Assembly (NCBI GenBank): GCA_964502335.1
Contig: CAZCWO010000001.1
Span: 1-60,793, forward strand
Direction: 5' to 3'
DNA: 60,793 nucleotides
From: an uncultured Rhodobacterales bacterium
GTDB taxonomy: Bacteria > Pseudomonadota > Alphaproteobacteria > Puniceispirillales > GCA-002684695
Both the position numbers and the translations under genes were made by a program. Shown here piece after piece: positions 54,329-60,793 of the stretch. Every line of letters begins with the position of its first letter. Position 1 is the first letter of the stretch. Under the pieces are notes generated by a model. The model was not told the origin of the DNA. It worked only from the letters and a program-made list of their open reading frames with translations, and did no database searches.

Positions 54329-55339
54329 ATGATAATTGACTGCCACGGGCATTATACAACCACCCCCCCTGCTGTTGAACACTACAGAAATACGCAAAAA
54401 GAACTATTGAAGAAAGATCCTAATCATATTTTTGAAAAAGGTACGATTAAACTCTCAGATGATGAAATACGCGAGACCATTGCTAGCAATCAGTTAAAAA
54501 CGCAACAGGATCGGGGCACAGACGTCACTATTTTTTCCCCTCGGGCTAGTTGGATGGGGCACCATGTTGGCAATGCTTCTACATCAAAAGCATGGACGGA
54601 GCAGCAAAATGATTTGATTAAACGGGTTTGTGATTTGTTTCCCAAAAATTTTGTGCCTGTTTGCCAACTTCCACAAAGTCCTGAAACACCCATTGCAAAT
54701 AGTATTATCGAACTTGAACGCTGCGTCATAGAAATGGGCTTTGTAGGTTGCAACCTGAACCCTGACCCTTCTGGAGGTTTCTGGAAAGATGCTCGTCTTG
54801 GTGACCGTTACTGGTATCCTTTTTATGAAAAAATGGTTGAACTTGATGTGCCTGCAATGATACATGTCTCGGGTGCTTGTCAGCATGCAATGGACACTAC
54901 ATCAAGCTATTATCTGGGTGCAGATACAACAGCTTTTGTTCATTTAATGTTTTCGGATGTTTTCAAAGATTTTCCAAATTTGAAGATAATCATACCTCAT
55001 GGGGGTGGAGCGGTTCCATACCATTGGGGACGATTTCGAGGAATTGCTCAAGACAAAGGACTTGGCAATCTTGACGATCTAGTGTTGAATAATATCTTTT
55101 TTGACACTTGCGTCTATCATCAGCATGGCATTGACTTGCTGCTAGATGTAATACCAGTAAAAAATATTTTATTTGCCTCTGAAATGATTGGAGCAGTAAG
55201 AGGTATCGACCCGCTTACCGGCCATTATTATGATGATACGAAACGCTATATCGATGCTAATAACTCACTCAACAAAACTGACAAGCGCAAGATTTTTGAG
55301 GGCAATGCACGTCGTGTTTTCTCACGTTTAAAAGTTTGA
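54329..55339 (+). CDS. ligJ: 4-oxalomesaconate hydratase (amidohydrolase_2 family)
   Basis: It has MIIDCHGHYTTTPP.. and ..IIPHGGGAVPYHWGRF.., typical of LigJ. Confidence 0.9.
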   Translation: MIIDCHGHYTTTPPAVEHYRNTQKELLKKDPNHIFEKGTIKLSDDEIRETIASNQLKTQQDRGTDVTIFSPRASWMGHHVGNASTSKAWTEQQNDLIKRVCDLFPKNFVPVCQLPQSPETPIANSIIELERCVIEMGFVGCNLNPDPSGGFWKDARLGDRYWYPFYEKMVELDVPAMIHVSGACQHAMDTTSSYYLGADTTAFVHLMFSDVFKDFPNLKIIIPHGGGAVPYHWGRFRGIAQDKGLGNLDDLVLNNIFFDTCVYHQHGIDLLLDVIPVKNILFASEMIGAVRGIDPLTGHYYDDTKRYIDANNSLNKTDKRKIFEGNARRVFSRLKV

Positions 55340-55398
55340 AGGAGGTGCATTAAGATAATTCTTATGTTGCTTAGACAGCAAAAACAAAGTTTTCTGCA

Positions 55399-56703
55399 TC
55401 AATTAAACATAGTATTTGGTAAAAACATTGCAATGTCTGGGAACAACAATACCAAGATAACGCAGCCCATCATTGCAAACCAAAAAGGCCATATTCCACT
55501 AAAAATCGTTTGGAGTGAAACACCCGGTGCAATTCCTTTAACTACAAACACATTCATACCGACCGGAGGGGAAATCAGACCCATTTCGAGAACAATAACA
55601 ATCAGCACCCCAAACCAGATCATGTTGATTCCAAGTGGTTCGATGATCGGTTGAACTAATGGCACAGTTAGAACAAGAATAGCAAAACCATCCATAAACA
55701 TGCCAAGAATAATATAAATAAGCAAAAACGCCAAAACTACCTGATAACCGCTCCACGCCTGGGTCTCCACCCAAAGTGACAAATCATAGGTAATTGAAGA
55801 AAATCCTATAAAAGTTTTAAAAACAAAGGCACCAAAAAGAATCATGAAAACTGTGCCTGATGATTTAAGGGTTTCTGTCAGCACTTCTGATATATTTGCA
55901 AAAGTAAGTTTACCACGAATTACTGTAACAATTACTGCCAAAAAAGCGCCAACACCAGCTGCCTCAACTGCAGAGAATACCCCTGTGTAAATGCCTCCAA
56001 TTGTCAACAAAATAATGCCGGTGATCCAACTTGCTCGTCGTAGCATTCTCAAACGGTTTGCCAGAGATTCAATCTTACCTGAATGCGGCGCTTTTGAAGG
56101 ATCCAGATATACAACAATCGAAATCGCCAAGACAAAAAGCGCCGTTAGTAACAATCCAGGTACAACTCCAGCCAAAAACAGACGGCCTATGCTTTCCTCT
56201 GTTAAAATGGCATAAATCACAAAACCCGCCGAGGGAGGTATCAAAATGCCAAGCGTTCCTCCAGCGGCAATTGACCCAGTCGCCAAACCATCATCATATT
56301 TATAACGTTGCATTTCCGGCAGACTGACACGACCCATAGTTAAAGCTGCAGCAAGTGATGATCCAGACAACGCAGAAAACCCCGCGCAACCCACTACAGT
56401 TGCTGAAGCAAGCCCTCCCTTTAAATGTCCTGTCCAACTGTGTGCCGCATCATAAAGGTCTCGGCTCATCCCTGAAACAGACGCTAGATTACCCATTAGA
56501 ATAAATAATGGAATAATCGTTAGTGGGTAATTGGAAGCTTCATTAAAAATCTCGCCAGCAAGTTTTGGTATGGCGGCTTGTTCACGGATCATCCAGATGC
56601 CCCACGTGCCCACCAGCATCATTGCCACTCCTACTGGCATACGAATAAATAAAAGCAAAAGCAGTACAATAAAACCGATCAGAGCAACTGTAGGGCCTTC
56701 CAT
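55399..56703 (-). CDS. dctM: TRAP transporter large permease
   Basis: 434 aa and about 12 TM, with a typical DctM sequence (..LLLLFIRMPVGVAMMLVG.., ..ISPPVGMNVFVVKGIAP..). Confidence 0.95.
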   Translation of the reverse strand: MEGPTVALIGFIVLLLLLFIRMPVGVAMMLVGTWGIWMIREQAAIPKLAGEIFNEASNYPLTIIPLFILMGNLASVSGMSRDLYDAAHSWTGHLKGGLASATVVGCAGFSALSGSSLAAALTMGRVSLPEMQRYKYDDGLATGSIAAGGTLGILIPPSAGFVIYAILTEESIGRLFLAGVVPGLLLTALFVLAISIVVYLDPSKAPHSGKIESLANRLRMLRRASWITGIILLTIGGIYTGVFSAVEAAGVGAFLAVIVTVIRGKLTFANISEVLTETLKSSGTVFMILFGAFVFKTFIGFSSITYDLSLWVETQAWSGYQVVLAFLLIYIILGMFMDGFAILVLTVPLVQPIIEPLGINMIWFGVLIVIVLEMGLISPPVGMNVFVVKGIAPGVSLQTIFSGIWPFWFAMMGCVILVLLFPDIAMFLPNTMFN

Positions 56704-56712
56704 CAGCTTTTC

Positions 56713-57240
56713 TTACTTGCGAGAAACTTCAGAGCGAGGGTCTACCAGGCTACGCAGCAGGTCTAGTATTACCTGAAGGCAGTAAAATACCATTGCAGCG
56801 CTCAGAATGTAATAGAAGGGTATAAACTCAATACTAAAATTTGAGGTGATACAAGCTTTTTCAAAACCGCAGGCTTTATCAAATAAAGCCCAAGCAGCCA
56901 ACGCGATAATTGCTATTACCAAGACCCGCATAACCATATCTGTGTAGCGTGTCACTGCAGGACCAAAAAAATAGGAAATGATGTTAACACTGACATGCGC
57001 ATCTTTGCGGGCACCATAAGCAACAGAAGCAGCAACCATCACCGACAGTGTTATGATAGATAAATCTTCAATTCCAAAAATCGGGTTGTTTAAGCCGTAG
57101 CGCCAAGTAACAGCAGTAACCGTAATGCCCATTAAAACACATGCAGCAACCGAACCTACCACAGCAAACAGCCCGGCAATATAGCCGAGCTGTCTATCAA
57201 TTTGAATCAGGGTTTGCCTTCCCTGATGAGACAAGGTCAT
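56713..57240 (-). CDS. dctQ: TRAP transporter small permease
   Basis: 175 aa and 4 TM. It sits between dctP and dctM and overlaps dctP by 4 nt. Confidence 0.85.
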   Translation of the reverse strand: MTLSHQGRQTLIQIDRQLGYIAGLFAVVGSVAACVLMGITVTAVTWRYGLNNPIFGIEDLSIITLSVMVAASVAYGARKDAHVSVNIISYFFGPAVTRYTDMVMRVLVIAIIALAAWALFDKACGFEKACITSNFSIEFIPFYYILSAAMVFYCLQVILDLLRSLVDPRSEVSRK

Positions 57241-58220
57241 TTACCCTGCATCATATCAATAACGGTTCCAACGGTCATCGATCCTGCTTTTTGCGCTCGC
57301 AACGATGTGACTGTATCGGCAATGGCATCATTCCACCTATTCTTTTCAGCATCAGATAACTCGATCATTTCAACACCACTGTCCGCAGCAAGTTTCATCC
57401 CGCCCTTGCCTGCTTTGTCATAGAAAATGCCGCCACTTTTTGACAGGCTTTCATCTGCAGCAGTTTCAACCCATGCCTTTTGCTCGTCTGAAAGGCTGTT
57501 CCATACATCGTTATTCATAAGCAGAACGAAAGCCGACCCAGAACCAGGAAACCAAGTGGTAATATAGTTGGCTGGTTCATGAAGTTTGAAAGACCTGATA
57601 GCTGAAGGTCCAATGGCTATAGCGTCAATGACTCCATTGGTGAGGTTCTGGTTAATCACATTCACCGGTTGTGCTACCGCTGATGCACCAAGTGCTTCAA
57701 CAATAGGTAAATCCTGTTTACTTGTGACACGAATTTTCATGCCTTTAAGATCTTCAAGGCTTCGCACAGGCTTGTCCTTGGTGATCAGAATTGGTGGCAC
57801 ATTTGCCCAGATGGCCAGAAGCTTTGCTTTATATTCCTTTTCCAGAAGAGGCTTGGCCCTTAGAAGAGATTCGGTACACTCCACCGCACTGCCACATACA
57901 TCAGGCAGTGTTACCACGTTGGTCATCGGGAACACATCGCCTGTGTATCCCGGCAAAGTAAATACGATGTCGGCAACACCTTCTAATAAGATCGCATATT
58001 GTTTCGGCGGCACTGAATTGAGCGCGCCTCCTGGAAATTGTTTGACCGTCATTTTCCCACCTGAAGCAGTAGCCAACTTTTCAGCAAAAGGCGTAAAGAC
58101 TGCCTTATTCATTGGGTGCTTTGGTCCCATAAAATAGGCCAGCGATAATTCACCCGCAAAAGCTGAGCCAGAACCAAAAACGCAGATTACCATCAACGCT
58201 CCTAAAAATTTCTTTATCAT
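57237..58220 (-). CDS. dctP: TRAP transporter substrate-binding protein (DctP family)
   Basis: 327 aa with signal peptide MIKKFLGALMVICVFGSGSAFAG and DctP-like body. Confidence 0.9.
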   Translation of the reverse strand: MIKKFLGALMVICVFGSGSAFAGELSLAYFMGPKHPMNKAVFTPFAEKLATASGGKMTVKQFPGGALNSVPPKQYAILLEGVADIVFTLPGYTGDVFPMTNVVTLPDVCGSAVECTESLLRAKPLLEKEYKAKLLAIWANVPPILITKDKPVRSLEDLKGMKIRVTSKQDLPIVEALGASAVAQPVNVINQNLTNGVIDAIAIGPSAIRSFKLHEPANYITTWFPGSGSAFVLLMNNDVWNSLSDEQKAWVETAADESLSKSGGIFYDKAGKGGMKLAADSGVEMIELSDAEKNRWNDAIADTVTSLRAQKAGSMTVGTVIDMMQGK

Positions 58221-58338
58221 TTTATCCTCCTTTTTATTTTAAATTTATATTTCCAAATTAAAAATTTTACTCAATCTAAACTTATTTCTTAGTAACATTA
58301 AACTGTCACTAACTTGGATAATCCTCTGAAATTGAGTG

Positions 58339-59226
58339 TCACACTGATACCCGCATGTCGTTCCTGACAACGGCCTCATCATATGACAGATTACCCAAAT
58401 TACCACCTTCAAAAATATTCCTATCAGCAATCCATTTTCGTGAATTTTCAAATATTTCCCTGGAATAGGGCTCGAACACTATTCGCTCTCCTGGCCCAAA
58501 CAACCGCGTATCCATTTGACCCCTGAAGCGTTCAGGAAATTCGTTGCGGTAATAATGTGTGTATAATTCCGGACGCAAGTCGATGTCTTCCTGTGCACGT
58601 CGCAACGCAGCAAAATACTTCTCAACATCTTCCAAATCAGCTGTCTCAGCAACCATCGCTGCCATCATAAAGGTAGTGTCCAAAATCTTTCTGAATCCCA
58701 GCTGCTCCATGAAATAATAAGGCCCACTGAATAGGTTGACTGCAGGCACCTCTCCATCAATCATTAATTCCATACGCCGAAATAACAGACCATCTGAAAA
58801 AGAAAGCTTGATCTTGTCTGAGGGCAAAAATGCCTCCAACGCCTGTATCGTTGAATAGTGGCTTCCCGACTGATATCCTACCGAAATTGGAACATCTGAC
58901 AGATCTTCCGGATGCTTGATTGAGGAGTCACTTGGCACAAATATACCGCAAGGTGAAACCGAATAGGCATTAGCGTAGAGTTTTCCATGCCCAGAGGAAG
59001 CAGCGACATTTACTGTCCAGTGACAAGCACTACTCACATCACAACTTCGGCCACTCTCAAACGTTTGATAAGCGCCTACCTTGTTGCCAAGATCATGGAC
59101 TTTGCCAGTAACGGATTTCAGTTGATCTTCAAGTGTATAGTCGAGTCCTTCAGAGTCAAAATACCCTTTTTCGACTGCCACCCATTCCTGAAGTCGCATA
59201 TGCGGTGCAATAACAAACTTCTTCAT
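58339..59226 (-). CDS. cytoplasmic NMT1/THI5-like (periplasmic-binding-protein type 2 fold) protein of unknown function
   Basis: 295 aa with no signal peptide (MKKFVIAPHMRLQEWVAVEKGYFDSEGLDY..). The ..VPISVGYQSGSHYSTIQALEAF.. pattern resembles NMT1/SsuA-type binding folds. Confidence 0.6.
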   Translation of the reverse strand: MKKFVIAPHMRLQEWVAVEKGYFDSEGLDYTLEDQLKSVTGKVHDLGNKVGAYQTFESGRSCDVSSACHWTVNVAASSGHGKLYANAYSVSPCGIFVPSDSSIKHPEDLSDVPISVGYQSGSHYSTIQALEAFLPSDKIKLSFSDGLLFRRMELMIDGEVPAVNLFSGPYYFMEQLGFRKILDTTFMMAAMVAETADLEDVEKYFAALRRAQEDIDLRPELYTHYYRNEFPERFRGQMDTRLFGPGERIVFEPYSREIFENSRKWIADRNIFEGGNLGNLSYDEAVVRNDMRVSV

Positions 59227-59323
59227 GGCAAAACTCCACCATCCTCATTGTACATTTTATAGTATAAGTCGCCTTTTGATGAGTCAAGTCAGCATATATC
59301 CGTAGCACCTAGCTCAAAGAGTT

Positions 59324-60793
59324 TTAAGAAAAAAGCCACCCAGAAGATGAAGAGATCGAATGATATCCCTGAAACTGTATCACGCCCTCATACCCCAAGT
59401 TGCGACCGATACCAGATTGTTTAAAGCCACCAAACGGACCACGACCATCCTGAGCAGTAGGACCATGCGCGTTCAAGTACGTGTACCCCGCCTCCAACTG
59501 ACGGGCCAGTGATACTGCATGGTCACGATCCTCAGTCCAGATCGAAGAACACAAACCAAAATTAGAGTCATTTGCCTTCGCTAAGGCTTCCTGATCATTT
59601 CCATAAGACATGATTGGGAGCACCGGTCCAAATTGTTCCTTGCGGACAATATCAAGCTCCTCGTCTGGACTGTAAACCAAAGTCGGGCGTTGAAAATAGC
59701 CCTTAGCATAAAGTTCCTCATCAGGTACCTGCCCGCATTCACGAACATCGCTTCCAGCTGCACGTGCTTGATCAATCATATCACGCACCACCTTTTGCTG
59801 TTTTGCATTATTCAGAGGACCCATATTGGTTTCCGGTAAAAGACCGTCTCCAACCACCATCCTGTCACAGACGGCGGTCAAACCTTTTACTACTTCATCA
59901 TAACGTTTGTGGTGAACATAAAGACGTTTTATCGCCATACAAATCTGGCCTGTTGACATAAACGCGCCCAAATACATTCGCATAAAAGCTGCGTCATCCA
60001 ATTTTGCATCCTCGCACACAATCGCTGCATCATTACCGCCCAATTCCAGCGTCACTGGCGTAATATTTTCTGCAGCCATTTTCATTACATGCCTGCCGAC
60101 ATCAACTGACCCAGTAAAGTTGACATAACGCACTGAAGAATGCCCTACTAGCACGTCACCAATTTCGTCAGCACTGCCAGTGAGCAAGTTGACAACCCCA
60201 GGCGGTAGCAAAGCAGCAATCTTTTGAAGGGTAAGAGAGGGTGCCAATGCTGATGAGTGAGAAGGTTTTACAACTACTGTATTACCAGCCATCAGCGCTT
60301 GAGGTAACTTTGCTCCAAGAATTGAGAGTGGCCAATTCCAAGGAACTATCAGTGCTGCCACACCGCGGGGTTGACGGGTTATTATTGTATCAAAGGGTCC
60401 ACCGCTGACTTTTTCATCAGCCTCGAGTCTGTCTGCATAAGCAGCAGCCTGCCGGAAACGATCACCTAAACGCGAAACTTCCAGCATAGTTTCTTTAAGA
60501 ATTTTTCCGTGTTCACGGCAAAATAATCGTGATCGAAATGCCAAATCCTCTTCATCAGCAACAAGTTGATCAGCAATATGGTTCAGCATTTCAGCCCGTT
60601 CAGTATAACTTTTCCCCGACCAAAGAGAAAAAGCCCTGTGGGATGCCTCTACAGCTTTATCAACGTCCTTAGGCGATGCAAGCGCTGCATGGCCAACCAG
60701 TTCATCCGGTCGAGCAGGATTATACAAATCATAGTGGCGTTCACCTTCCGCTGGTCTGATTTCTCCATCAATATATAATTCAGTGGTTATGGG
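59324..60793 (-). CDS. NAD(P)+-dependent aldehyde dehydrogenase, 5' end cut by the window edge (partial)
   Basis: It has ELGGNDA and GQICMAIKR (catalytic Cys). The frame stays open upstream of the ORF-track start (a Leu codon) to base 60793 and reads PITTELYIDGEIRPAEGERHYDLYNPARPDE.., the usual ALDH N-terminus. Confidence 0.9.
   Translation of the reverse strand, partial: PITTELYIDGEIRPAEGERHYDLYNPARPDELVGHAALASPKDVDKAVEASHRAFSLWSGKSYTERAEMLNHIADQLVADEEDLAFRSRLFCREHGKILKETMLEVSRLGDRFRQAAAYADRLEADEKVSGGPFDTIITRQPRGVAALIVPWNWPLSILGAKLPQALMAGNTVVVKPSHSSALAPSLTLQKIAALLPPGVVNLLTGSADEIGDVLVGHSSVRYVNFTGSVDVGRHVMKMAAENITPVTLELGGNDAAIVCEDAKLDDAAFMRMYLGAFMSTGQICMAIKRLYVHHKRYDEVVKGLTAVCDRMVVGDGLLPETNMGPLNNAKQQKVVRDMIDQARAAGSDVRECGQVPDEELYAKGYFQRPTLVYSPDEELDIVRKEQFGPVLPIMSYGNDQEALAKANDSNFGLCSSIWTEDRDHAVSLARQLEAGYTYLNAHGPTAQDGRGPFGGFKQSGIGRNLGYEGVIQFQGYHSISSSSGWLFS

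Noticed and set aside
1-60793. CRISPR arrays, tRNA or rRNA genes, transposases, integrases, phage genes, or toxin-antitoxin or defence modules.
   Set aside because: There are no regularly spaced direct repeats, no cloverleaf-like GC-rich segments in the intergenic regions and no ORF with recombinase, transposase or nuclease signatures. Every ORF over 100 aa that is not a shadow ORF is metabolic, transport or regulatory.

Overview
The window has about 57 protein-coding genes or gene remnants. I found no rRNA, tRNA, CRISPR array, transposase or integrase. All family calls come from reading the supplied translations by eye, with no searches run.

Base composition rises in three steps. My hand counts of a few 60-nt lines give roughly 30 %, 40 % and 45 % GC, and this needs proper computation.

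**Block A (1-24.5 kb)** is very AT-rich, and its proteins are rich in Lys, Asn and Ile.
- It is an amide and N-heterocycle catabolic region.
- It holds a creatinase-like M24 protein that appears to lack the metal ligands.
- Two isochorismatase-family amidases flank a Pot-type ABC importer.
- A GntR regulator and a hyuA-hyuB pair follow.
- Next come a class-B flavoprotein oxidoreductase, DinB and ABM proteins, an arylformamidase-like hydrolase, a DAO-family oxidase, a 2-hydroxyacid dehydrogenase and an aminotransferase.
- A tight operon then encodes a small protein, an N,N-dimethylformamidase-large-subunit-like protein and a second hyuA-hyuB pair.

**Block B (24.6-35.2 kb)** is bracketed by two short-chain dehydrogenase (SDR) gene remnants.
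- It holds an uninterrupted (non-pyrrolysine) MttB-family methyltransferase.
- It holds a split ThDP decarboxylase of the ComD/ComE type and a class V aminotransferase.
- It holds a thiolase and a two-subunit CoA-transferase.
- It holds a 1069-aa fusion of a reductive-dehalogenase-like Fe-S module to an FNR/2Fe-2S reductase.

**Block C (35.4-60.8 kb)** is an aromatic and organosulfate catabolic region.
- A TAXI-TRAP importer sits with three signal-less sulfatases, two of the formylglycine type and one of the MBL alkylsulfatase type.
- A GntR regulator and a GST-ALDH-GST-SDR operon follow.
- A complete protocatechuate 4,5-cleavage set (ligABCUIKJ) is present.
- A DctPQM TRAP system, a signal-less NMT1/THI5-fold protein and an aldehyde dehydrogenase cut by the window edge complete the block.
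- A palindrome, TGGGATCCCA, recurs eight times in three intergenic regions of this block and looks like one regulon's operator.

**Top candidates for new biology:**
- the self-sufficient RdhA-like fusion;
- the DMFase-like/hydantoinase operon;
- the GGATCCCA-marked sulfatase/GST regulon;
- the SDR-remnant and composition junctions, which could reflect either a rearrangement or an assembly chimera.
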